Positions 1 to 10,659 of a stretch of 64,000 nt of DNA are shown here, one piece after another. The first letter of the stretch is position 1. Each line of letters begins with the position of its first letter. The notes under the pieces are model-generated. The model saw only the letters and a program-made list of their open reading frames with translations, searched no databases and was not told the origin of the DNA. Source of the stretch: Mobula hypostoma. Its lineage: Eukaryota. A program made the translations under genes and the position numbers. The DNA is taken from the NCBI RefSeq assembly GCF_963921235.1, contig NC_086118.1, positions 22,384,001-22,448,000 on the forward strand. The letters are read 5' to 3'.

Positions 1-1761
1 CAATTCCAAAGAAGAAGCATACAAATTAGCCAGAGAAAGTGGCTCACCTGAGGACTGGGAGAAATTCAGATTTCAGCAGAGGAGGACAAAGGGCTTAATT
101 AGGAAGGGGAAAAAAGATTATGAGAGAAAACTGGCAGGGAACATAAAAACGGACTGTAAAAGCTTTTATAGATATGTAAAAAGGAAAAGACTGGTAAAGA
201 CAAATGTAGGTCCCCTGCAGACAGAAACAGGTGAATTGATTATGGGGAGCAAGGACATGGCAGACCAATTGAATAATTACTTTGGTTCTGTCTTCACTAA
301 GGAGGACATAAATAATCCTCCAGAAATAGTAAGGGACAGAGGGTCCAGTGAGATGGAGGAACTGAGCGAAATACATGTTAGTAGGGAAGTGGTGTTAGGT
401 AAATTGAAGGGATTGAAGGCAGATAAATCCCCAGGGCCAGATGGTCTGCATCCTAGAGTGCTTAAGGAAGTAGCCCAAGAAATAGTGGATGCATTAGTGA
501 TAATTTTTCAAAACTCGTTAGATTCTGGACTAGTTCCTGAGGATTGGAGGGTGGCTAATGTAACCCCACTTTTTAAAAAAGGAGGGAGAGAGAAACCGGG
601 GAATTATGGACCGGTTAGCCTAACGTCGGTGGTGGGGAAACTGCTGGAGTCAGTTATCAAGGATGTGATAACAGCACATTTGGAAAGCGGTGAAATGATC
701 GGACAAAGTCAGCATGGATTTGTGAAAGGAAAATCATGTCTGACGAATCTCATAGAATTTTTTGAGGATGTAACTGGTAGAGTGGATAGGGGAGAACCAG
801 TGGATGTGGTATATTTGGATTTTCAAAAGGCTTTTGACAAGGTCCCACACAGGAGATCAGTGTGCAAACTTAAAGCACACGGTATTGGGGGTAAGGTATT
901 GGTGTGGGTGGAGAATTGGTTAGCAGACAGGAAGCAAAGAGTGGGAATAAATGGGACCTTTTCAGAATGGCAGGCGGTGACTAGTGGGGTACCGCAAGGC
1001 TCAGTGCTGGGACCCCAGTTGTTTACAATATATATTAATGACTTGGATGAGGGAATTAAATGCAGCATCTCCAAGTTTGCGGATGACACGAAGCTGGGTG
1101 GCAGTGTTAGCAGTGAGGAGGATGCTAAGAGGATGCAGGGTGACTTGGATAGGTTGGGTGAGTGGGCAAATTCATGGCAGATGCAATTTAATGTGGATAA
1201 ATGTGAAGTTATCCACTTTGGTGGCAAAAATAGGAAAACAGATTATTATCTGAATGGTGGCCGATGAGGAAAAGGGGAGGTGCAACGAGACCTGGGTGTC
1301 ATTATACACCAGTCATTGAAAGTGGGCATGCAGGTACAGCAGGTGGTGAAAAAGGCGAATGGTATGCTGGCATTATCTGATTGAAACGTATAAGATCCTA
1401 AAGGGATTGGACAGGCTAGATGCAGGAAGATTGTTCCCGATGTTGGGGAGGTCTAGAACGAGGGGTCACAGTTTGAGGATAGAGGGGAAGCCTTTTAGGA
1501 CCGAGGTTAGGAAAAACTTCTTCACACAGAGAGTGGTGAATCTGTGGAATTCTCTGCCACAGGAAACTGTTGAGGCCAGTTCATTGGCTATATTTAAGAG
1601 GGAGTTAGATATGGCCCTTGTGGCTACAGGGGTCAGGGGGTATGGAGGGAAGGCTGGGTTCTGAGTTGGATGATCAGCCATGATCATAATAAATGGCGGT
1701 GCAGGCAAGAAGGGCCGAATGGCCTACTCGTGCACCTATTTTCTATGTTTCTATGTTTCTA
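1..1761 (+). mobile_element. CR1-clade LINE (HER1-like), ORF2 RT region to 3' tail; continues off the left edge
   Basis: ORF 236-1267 has RT motifs ([35 protein letters not shown]). Premature TGA at 1265-1267 and internal deletion near 1375. 3' stem-loop GGGCCGAATGGCC and (TTCTATG)n tail to 1761. Confidence 0.95.
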
Positions 1762-2149
1762 AATTAAAACGAACACTGTTTCAGTAGAAAGGAATTGTAC
1801 GTCCCAGAGCAGAAGGAAGTGAAATGGCAGGTACTGGTTGAACAGGAGGATGCTAAGGGAAAGAGATAAGGTGGCAGCTGAGTGAAGCAGAATAGGTAAA
1901 GAGAGTGATCAGTTTGCAAAGATGAGGTGACAGAAGAAGAGGACAAGGCTTGTTTTGATATGGAGATGCTAGAAATAATGGAGAACGACCTGTTGAAAGG
2001 GGATCATTCAGTTCAGTCTGGCTCCTGTTCTACCAAACTCAAAGCTTGCATAATCAGTAACTTCTTCCAGTTCCGACGAAATTTTTGACCTGAAGGGATA
2101 ACATTGATCTCTATCCATAGATCTTGTCTCGCAGACTAAGTCCACACTA

Positions 2150-2535
2150 TCAGCCTCCTGAACCAATGTGGATAACTTCACGCACCACAAATTTGAACCA
2201 ATTCCACAAGCTACTGACTCACTTTCAAGGACTCTACAACTCGTGTTCTCAGTATTATTAACAAAAGAAAATCTGCAGATGCTGGAAATCCGAGCAACAA
2301 ACACAAAATGCTGGAGAAACTCAGCAGGCCAGACAGCATCTATGGATAAAACATACAGTTGCCGTTTCAGGCCTTCAGCATTTTGTTTCCCAGTATTATT
2401 TATTTTTTTATTTGCATAATTTGTCTTCCTTTGTACATTGGTTGTTTGTCAGTCTTTGTTCATAAATTCTATCATATTTCTTCATTTTCCTGTAAATGCC
2501 TGTAAGAAAATAAATCTCAAGGTAGTACATATGGA
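2150..2535 (+). mobile_element. L2/Rex1-like LINE 3' UTR fragment interrupted by a Penelope terminal fragment
   Basis: Ends in CCTGTAAGAAAATAAATCTCAAGGTAGTA, similar to LINE 3' ends at ~34520-34550 (+) and ~8420-8450 (-). Confidence 0.6.
2260..2390 (-). mobile_element. Short Penelope-like terminal fragment with 10-bp target duplication
   Basis: ATCTGCAGATGCTGGAAATC...CTCAGCAGGCCAGACAGCATCT matches other PLE ends. CAGTATTATT flanks it at 2250-2259 and 2391-2400. Confidence 0.8.
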
Positions 2536-2669
2536 AACATTGCACCTCTAGTGATCCATCAGTTAAAGTGTAAAGTTTTGTGGATGCCACCACTGTCCTA
2601 GAACTAATCACCAGAGGCGATTAAAGAATCAAAGAATCACCAGAACGTAAACCAGCTAAGAGTCTTGGT

Positions 2670-3190
2670 GCAATCACAACAACTTGAAGCTGAATACACT
2701 CAGAACTGTGGAGATGCATATCAATTTCAGGAGAAATGCATCTCTTCTCCACACACACATCATCAACAACTCTACAATTAGCACCGTTTCACACTCAGAT
2801 TCCTGGGCCTCATTATTTTACAGGACCTCATGTGGGAGAACCATATCTCCTTCATTAACAAAAAGGCTTATCAGAAGACGTACTGCAGCAATTGGGAAAA
2901 TTCCATCTTCCACAGAACACACTGGTGCTATTCTATATTGCCGTCGTCGGGAGCATCCTCACATCAGCTTTTACTGTATGGGTTTGTGCAGCATCCTCTC
3001 ACAATATATGAAAATTGCAGCAAACACAGTTCAACAGAAAAGGTCATTGGGCGCAGTCTACCATCACTGCAGGACTTGTATGTGCCCAGGACAAGAAATA
3101 GGCAGGAAAAGTCTTTTCAGACGCTACCCACCTTGCCAACTGCCTTTTCCACATGCTTCCTTCTGGAAAATGTGACAGAGCTGATAAAAA
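2670..3190 (+). mobile_element. Degenerate L2/Rex1-like LINE ORF2 C-terminal fragment
   Basis: LKLNTLRTVEMHINFRR resembles the [15 protein letters not shown] motif; EKVIGRSLPSLQDLY; frameshifted. Confidence 0.7.
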
Positions 3191-3197
3191 CAACATA

Positions 3198-3620
3198 AAC
3201 AACAGGAATTCTGCAGATGCTGGAAATTCAAGCAACACACATCAAAGCTGCTGGTGAACTCAGCAGGCCAGGCAGCATCTCTAGGAAGAGGTACAGTCAA
3301 CGTTTCAGGCCGAGACCCTTCGTCACGACTAACTGAAGGAAGAGTTAGTGAGAGATTTGAAAGTGGGAGAGGGAGAGGGAGATCCAAAATGATAGGAGAA
3401 GACAGGAGGGGGAGGGATGGAGCCAAGAGCTGGACAGATGATTTGCAAAGGGGATTTGAGAGGATCATGGGACAGGAGGCCCAGGGAGAAAGACAAGGGT
3501 GGGGGGAAAACCCAGAGGATGGGCAAGGGGTATAGTCAGAGGGACAGAGAGAGAAAAAGGAGAGTGAGAGAAAGAATGTGTGTATAAAAATAAATAACGG
3601 ATGGGGTACGAGGGGGAGGG
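3198..3620 (-). mobile_element. Penelope-like element 3' terminal region
   Basis: Close reverse complement of ~44950-45335. Contains a hammerhead-like motif at 3295-3330 with CTGACGA mutated to GTGACGA. Confidence 0.9.
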
Positions 3621-4235
3621 GAAAGCCTATGCATTCCACTGGTTAGAAGAACAGAGACTCCTTATAGAGGTCGCCATAACTGAACTCTGAACTCCAACAC
3701 CGCGAGCTGTAATCGTGTGGGCCTTACCTCTACGCTACTGTGGCACTCACAGTAGCTCAGTGGTTATTATCTATTGATAATAAATTTACTTTGAGCATAC
3801 TTTTATTTTGAGTTTCTCTAGCTTTGACTGCTTTTAAGTCATACAAGATGTTTGTATTTGATTCAATGTGGCTAGGGTTCCTCTGCAAGCAACAATTCAG
3901 CAAATAGACAATTGCTGAAATTATATTATAAAATTCTATTAAACAACAGTTATTGTGGGTGTAGATGATGTGTGAGATTTTTTTCTTTATTATTGAATTT
4001 AATAAAAATGCCAAGTCAGATGTCCAGCAAATCTTTAGTTTTTAACCGCAGAGGCGAAAGTGACTGAAAAAACAAACAAACAAACCCATTAGTGGTGGAG
4101 CTGCGCCAGTCAGTTGGCACGCGGACCAGACCCTCATGCCACAGAGCGGCTGCTGCAGCTGCCCAGGGGAAAAGAAGCCGATGCCAATGTGGTGTCCGTG
4201 CTGCAACAGGGTGTGAGGGGGTGGTAGTTCTGAAT

Positions 4236-5560
4236 CTACAAAGCAATCTCCCCTTGAATCCCATGCCTCCTTACTTTCTCAATAAGCCTTGCATGGGGTA
4301 CCTTATCAAATGCCTTGCTGAAATCCATATACACTACAACTACTGCTCTACCTTCTTCAATGTATTTGGTCACATCCTCAAAAAATTCAATCAGGGTCGT
4401 AAGGCACGAACTGCCTTTCACAAAGCCATGCTGACTATTCCTTATCATATTATGCCTCTCCAAATGTTCATAAATCCTGTCTCTCAGGGTCTTCTCCATC
4501 AACTTACCAACCGCTGAAGTAAGACTCACCTGTCTATAATTTCCTGGCTATCTCTACTCCCTTTCTTGAATAAGGGATCAACATCCACAGCCCTCCAACC
4601 CTCCGGAACCTTTCGTGTCCCGTGATGATGCAAAGATCATTGTCAGAGGCTCAGCAATCTCCTTCCTCACCTCCCACAGTAGCCTAGGGTACTTCTTGTC
4701 TGGTCCCGGTGACGTACTCAACTTGATGATTTCTAAAAGCCCCAGCACATCCTCTTTCTTAAGATTTTCAGTCCACTGTAAGTCATCCCTACAATCTCCA
4801 AGATCTTTTTCTGTAGTGAATACTGAAGCAAGGTATTCATTAAGTACCTTCACTATCTCCTCTGGTTCCATACACACTTTTCCACAGTCATACTTGATTG
4901 GTCCTATTCTCTCACATCTTATCCTCTTGTTCTTCATATGCTTGTAGTATGCCTTGGGGTTTTCCTTAATCTTGTTCACCAAGGCCTTCTCATGGCCCTT
5001 TCTGGCTCTCCTAATTTCTTTCTTAAGCTCCTTCCTGCTAGCCTTATAATCTTCTAGATCTCTATCATTACCTAGTTTTTTGAATCTTTCGTAAGCTTTT
5101 CTTTTCTTCTTGACTAGCTTTACAACAGCCTTTCTACACACCACAGTTCCTGTACCCTACCATCCTTTCCCTGTCTCATTGGAACATACCTATGCAGAAC
5201 TCCACACAAATATCCCCTGAACATTTGCCACATTTCTTCTGTACATTTCCCTGAGAACATCTGTTCCCAATTTATGCTCCCAAGTTCCTGCCTGATAACC
5301 TCATATTTTCCTTTACTCCAATTAAAAGCTTTCCTAACTTGTCTATTCCTATCCCTCTCCAATGTTATGGTAAAGAAGATAGAATTGTGATCACTATTTC
5401 CAAGATGCTCTCCCACTGAGAGATCTGGAACCTGACCTGGTTCATTTCCCAATAGCAGATCAAGTACAACCTCTCCTCTTGTAGGCTTATCTATGTATTG
5501 TGTCAAGAAACCTTCCTGAACACACCTAACAAACTATACCCCATCTAAACCCCTTGCTCT
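4236..5560 (-). mobile_element. CR1-clade LINE ORF2 fragment (end of APE endonuclease to RT)
   Basis: Frameshifted ORFs 5120-5506 (PTRGEVVLDLLL, SDHN), 4578-5144 (IKENPK, SPGPD) and 4236-4529 (QHGFVKG, MDFSKAFDKVPH). Confidence 0.92.
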
Positions 5561-5613
5561 ATGTTTTGTTTGGCTATATTCAATGCATGTTTGAATGACA
5601 ATGAACTTGAATT

Positions 5614-5893
5614 TAAGAGCACAGTTTTAAGGTGCTTGGAAGTAGGTACAGAGGAGATGTCAGTGGTAAGTTTTTTACTTAGAGAGTGGTGAGTACGTGG
5701 AATGGGCTGCCAACAACGGTGGTGGAGGTGGTTATGATAGGGTCTTTTAAGAGACTCCTTGATAGGTACTTGGAGCTTAGAAAAATAAGAGGGCTATGGG
5801 TAACCCTAGGTAATTTCTAAGTAAGTACATGTTTGGCACAGCATTGTGGGCCTAAGGGCCTGTATTGTACTGTAGGTTTTCTGTTTCTATGTT
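5614..5893 (+). mobile_element. CR1 LINE 3' end
   Basis: Near-copy of ~27215-27488; ends in TTTCTGTTTCTATGTT. Confidence 0.85.
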
Positions 5894-6619
5894 ATTTTTT
5901 TCACTGGGTAATCGGTCTCCTCTCCCCACTATTTCTATCTGCCCACCTCACCTCCCATTCTTGGATCCATGATTCACCTTCCTTTCTTAACAAATTCCAT
6001 CATCTGCAGCCCTTTGCTGCCCCACCTATCACCTCCCAGTCTCTGTCAATAATTCTACCCTTTTTTCCTCCATCTGCCTATCATCCCTCCTTAGCAGGAT
6101 CCACCTATCACTTCCCTGCACTTGTCCCACCCCTTTCCCACATACAAAACTCTGCTGCACACGTCCTAAACTGTACCCAGTTCTGTTTAACCCTCATTTC
6201 TTTTCTTGCAGTCCCATATTGGTTCCCAGCTGAGGAATTCTTACTTTCAAGTCCTTTCATGATCTCATTCTCACCATCTTCTCTAATGTCTTCCAATATT
6301 ATAAGCCTCAGTAATACTGCCATTCTCATATTCTGGCCTCTTGAATGACCCGAAATTTAATTATTCATTCTTGACAGCAGTGGTTTCAGTGTCAGGTTAA
6401 TAGACTTGGGAAATTTGTTAATAGTTCTGCTACTCTTAATTAAAATGATAATCATTTAAAACTATCTCGTTGATCACACTTTTTTTTTGCTATCTATCCT
6501 CAAATTTCTTTACATGGCTAAAGTTTGACAGTATTAATATATAGTGTCTTGAGGAATTTTTTGATATTATTGATGAAATTATTAGTGATTCTATTTGTGA
6601 AGATTATTGTTGAGTCAGC

Positions 6620-6891
6620 CATTTTTTTTATTGGGATACAGTGTGGAATAGACCCCTCCAGCGCCACCTAGAAACCCCCAATTTAAACCTAGCCTAATCT
6701 CAGGACAATTTATAATTACTAAGTATCCTACCAACCAGTATGTCTTTGGATGTTGGGGGAAAACCGGAGCATCCAGCGGAATCGCACGTGGTCTCGGGAA
6801 GAACGTACAAACTCCGTACAAATAGAGGTGGGAATTGAACCTAGGTCGCTGATACTGTGAAGTGTACTGCTAACCACTACGCTATCGCGCC
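6620..6891 (-). mobile_element. tRNA-derived SINE (HE1/V-SINE-like)
   Basis: Minus-strand head GGCGCGATAGCGTAGTGGTTAG (A box) and GGTTCAATTCC (B box); body GGAGTTTGTACGTTCTTCCCG; CR1-like tail ending in an A-rich stretch. Confidence 0.85.
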
Positions 6892-8384
6892 AACTTAAGT
6901 CATGTTAAATGAATGGAATGAAATAGAAAGAAACTAATGGAATTAAATTACTTGAAAATTACTGTATCTTTTAACCAAATTCCTTACTCAGTCCACTTTT
7001 GAATTAAAAATTCCAAATACAGGTGCAAAATGAAATTTCATCAAAAAGCAAATGTGATTCAATGGCAGTTTATATAATTCTAAGTAATAAGGTTAAACAG
7101 AAATAATTCACACACACTATTGATATTTATCTAATTTAAAGATTTACTTTGTACAAGCTTTAAAAGACACTTTCATGTACTTTATATTTTGTGGAACTAT
7201 TTGTATGAATATTAATAGCTGCTTTTTTCTCATAAAAGAATGTTTTTTTCAAAAGAACTAACTGTATGAAAGCAATTTTAGCTCACTCCCTATTTCAAAT
7301 ATTTAATTTGCCCAGTACAATCACAAAGTATTCAATTTGATTTTTTTTCCTCTACACAAAAGTGTGTGCCTATAATTTACTTCTGCACCGTAATCTAGAA
7401 TTTATGAACTCCACAGGGAGCAATTATGCACAGCCATTAGCTGGAATCATGATTATTCAATGGAGTTTTCAAGGTGCAGAAATAGCTGAAAATTGCAAGA
7501 GTATGTTGTTTAATTGAAATGGCATACAATATCTATGTGACAGGATGTTGCAACTCATGAGTTTTATCTCCTGTTTCTATTGACATCACTAGAATTGTAA
7601 CAATCACAGAATATATAGTGATCTTAACATGGTTTTACAGTGCACATTGGCGAACAGGCTCACGCACTACCTGCTCTCCAACTCTCACCCTTCTTAAAAG
7701 TTCTCTTATGTGTCATGAATACTTTGAAGGTGGAGCATTTATTGTCAGATTTGTTAATCAAAATTGATCACTGCACAAGAAGAAGGGTATCAACCCATGA
7801 ATCACTCAAGTTTTCACATCAAGCAATTTGCTGTGAAAATGTTGTATGTTTGTAAATGAGGTAGATGTAGTGTTTTGCTTTTATTTTTTCTGCAGATCTA
7901 TAGTTCCTTGCCAATCTGTCACACAGCAATACGTAAACATTTGCTCATTATGTGATGTTGTTTAATGAACCCAATCAGGCAAAAGCAATCAAAGATTTAT
8001 TTTTCTCTAAATCCACAATATTATAACCAATGTTTTATTTATGATTCCCGTGGCTATAAAATTACGGGATGAGGAAAACTTTAGTCTCATTCACATAGTG
8101 AGAAACAAGTCTCCCTTAGGAAACATCATAAGTGTTCCTAAACCATTCCCCTGCCTCACAAAAGTCTGCTTCACCCTGAGTGGAAGCACTTGCTTGTCAC
8201 TTATGCTCATAAGACTTGAACTTAGATTACAATATAGTTACATTCAACATAGTACAATGCATGCTCCCATATTGCATTATCGATCTTAGGTGATGGAATT
8301 ATAGTTATATTTTGTTGGGTTTTGTGACCGACATTTTTTTTCTCTGATTGATCTTAAATTCAAATCTAAAGTAAAAAGTAAAGT

Positions 8385-9000
8385 AAATAAGTTTATTATC
8401 AAAGTACATGTATGTCACCATATACAACCCTGAGATTTATTTTCTTGTAGGCATACTCAATAAATCTATGAAATAATAATCGTAACAAAATCAATAAAAG
8501 ACCACTCAACTAGGGCATTCAATCAGAGTGCAGAAGACAACAAACTCTGCAAATACAAAATGAAGAAGCAAAAATAAAAAATAAATAAGCAAAAAATATC
8601 CAGAACATGTGCGCAGAGTTATTGAAAATGAGTCCATTGCTTGTGGGAACATTCCAATGCTGGGGCAAGTGAATTTGAGTGAAGTTCAACTAATGAATTT
8701 AAAATGATAAATGTAGAAAATGGTGTGAAAATACAAGAAACAATCCAACATATTATAGGATCCTGTAGCAGTTTAACACAATCTGATTACTTACACCAGT
8801 GCAATCAAGTAGTAAACATAATTCAAGAACCTGATAGCTGAAGGGCAGTAACTCTTCCTGAACCTGGTGGTGTGAGACCTGAGGCTCTTATATCTTCTTC
8901 CTGATGGCAGCAGCAAGAAGACAGCATGTCCTGGATGGTGGGGGGCCCTGATGGCAGATGCTCCTTTGCATACAGGACAGGTAGGAAGGTCACTTTGCAA
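8385..9000 (-). mobile_element. L2/Rex1-like LINE 3' fragment carrying a ~135-bp foreign insert
   Basis: ORF 8791-9000 (HPGHAVFLLLPSGRRYKSLRSHTTRFRKSY) is the typical ORF2 C-terminus; 3' UTR similar to 36940-37260. Confidence 0.85.
8689..8824 (+). repeat. Inverted local copy of the R4-like zinc-knuckle segment (10683-10817)
   Basis: Aligns nearly colinearly with the reverse complement of 10683-10817, including the long identical run ATTATAGGATCCTGTAGCAGTTTAACACAATCTGATTACTTACAC. Confidence 0.9.
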
Positions 9001-9828
9001 TCATGAGCCAGGTATCCTTCCATGAAACTGCTTGAACTACTCAACAAATCAGATAATATCTGGTAGAGAGAGAAATACAGTGTTAATTTTCAAGTGAATA
9101 CTCTCTGATCCAAACTCAATTTTCCAGCTTCTACTTTTCAATTCCATTAATAAAGAAGGGCTATTCCTTCTAGTAATTGTTGCTGACTAATCTGAGGAAA
9201 TGCAAAAGTGCTGAGTTACCTGTAAGAGAACAAATCACTAAACTGTGGAACAAGAACTCTACACGGATGCTCGTTAGAAGGTTAAAAAAGAGACAGCATA
9301 ATCTTTGCTGATTTTCCTGAGGATTTCCAGGAGAATTGCAGTGTTGCATTTAATTCCAAAAATGTTAAGATTCCTTCTTAGCATAGACAGTGAAGGAATC
9401 TCATGCTCCTTGCCGGTGATATTCTGCTTGTGCTCTGGAATTGTACTCCTTGCAGAATCCTGCAGCCTCACCAGACGCAGGCTCGGCAGCTGCAAGGAAG
9501 TGATGTAAATTTAAAGTAGCTCACTGTCTTATGAAGTAAGTAAGTTAACTTAAATATATCAATATTTTTAAAATATTTTAAATTTAAATTTAAACAATTA
9601 ATTTTTAAAGTTCAAATATTCTTTTTCATTGTACAACATTATATGTAAAATAACTGTTCCTTTTTTGGCTCCCCCACATAACAAATCTAGAAAAGCATTT
9701 CTTCTACACTCAGTGAACCTTCCTGCACTTATTTCACTTCCATTTTTCTACTCATTTGCTTTGCCAAGGCTATATGTAGATTAACCCCTCTCCCTCAACC
9801 ACCCCCACACTAATTGTATTAAAGTTTC

Positions 9829-10299
9829 AATCTTAATGGTGCCCAAGAAGAACCTGGTAACCTGTTCAATGACTATTGTCCAGTATCACTTATATCCACA
9901 GTGATGATGTGTTTTGAGAGGTTGACGATGAAACATCATCTCCTGCCTGAGAAGCGACTTGGGATTCGCTCCAATTTGCCAACCAACACAAGTCCACAGC
10001 AGACACTATTTCATTGGCTCTTCACTCAACCCTGGAACATCTCAATAGTAAAGGACACTCTTTATCGACCACAGCTCAGCAATCAATACCATGATCTCAT
10101 CAAAACTAGTCAATAAGCTTCAAGACCTTGGCATCAATACCTCCGTGTGCAGTTGGATCCTCAATTTCCTCAATTGCAGACCACTGTCGGTTTGGATTGG
10201 GAGCAAAATCTCCTCCACAATCTCCACAGCACAGGGGCACCACAAGGCCATATGCTCAGCTCCCTGAACTACTCACTTTACGCTTGTGACTGTGTGGCT
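9829..10299 (+). mobile_element. Degenerate L2/Rex1-like RT fragment
   Basis: VPKKNLVTC, VMMCFERL, TGAPQG motifs with frameshifts. Confidence 0.8.
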
Positions 10300-10659
10300 T
10301 GTTAGGGTGTTTTTGATGTTATGGCAAAATATTAACTTCAGCAACTAACTTCAGCCACCAATCTTTAGACCTGAACATGGACTGTAGACTAAATTTAAAA
10401 TATAGCTCTGGACAATAGGTGAAAACCAGACAATGCAGATTAACTTTCATTTTAGTTGTCTGGTGCATGGGTGCAAAGAAGGAGGAGTGAAATTTGTGAG
10501 TAATGCAAAGGAAGCATTATAGAAATGTCCTTTGATCCTAAGCATATAAAATGTCATGTAGTGTTGGGTCAAGCAGATCTCTTCCTCTGAAAGGGTCTCA
10601 ACATGATGCTTGCTCTGCCTCATTTTGTCGAATAAAAGACTACGTCACATCGACCAGCT

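Noticed and set aside
823..1227. Antisense ORFs over LINE RT regions (also 4615-4947, 20590-21060, 32975-33283, 55345-55674)
   Set aside because: Shadow frames of retroelement coding sequence.
236..1267. Active CR1 ORF2
   Set aside because: Premature stop at 1265-1267 and an internal deletion near 1375.
3124..3639. 171-aa Pro/Leu/Ser-rich ORF and similar ORFs (5833-6348, 45043-45339, 53314-53616)
   Set aside because: Arise from pyrimidine-rich PLE-type 3' sequence that is poor in stop codons.
6820..6891. tRNA genes here and at ~46763-46835
   Set aside because: A/B boxes are SINE heads joined to SINE bodies and tails; no complete cloverleaf seen.
9456..9535. Coding exon with good AG/GT signals
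   Set aside because: Stop codons in all three frames.
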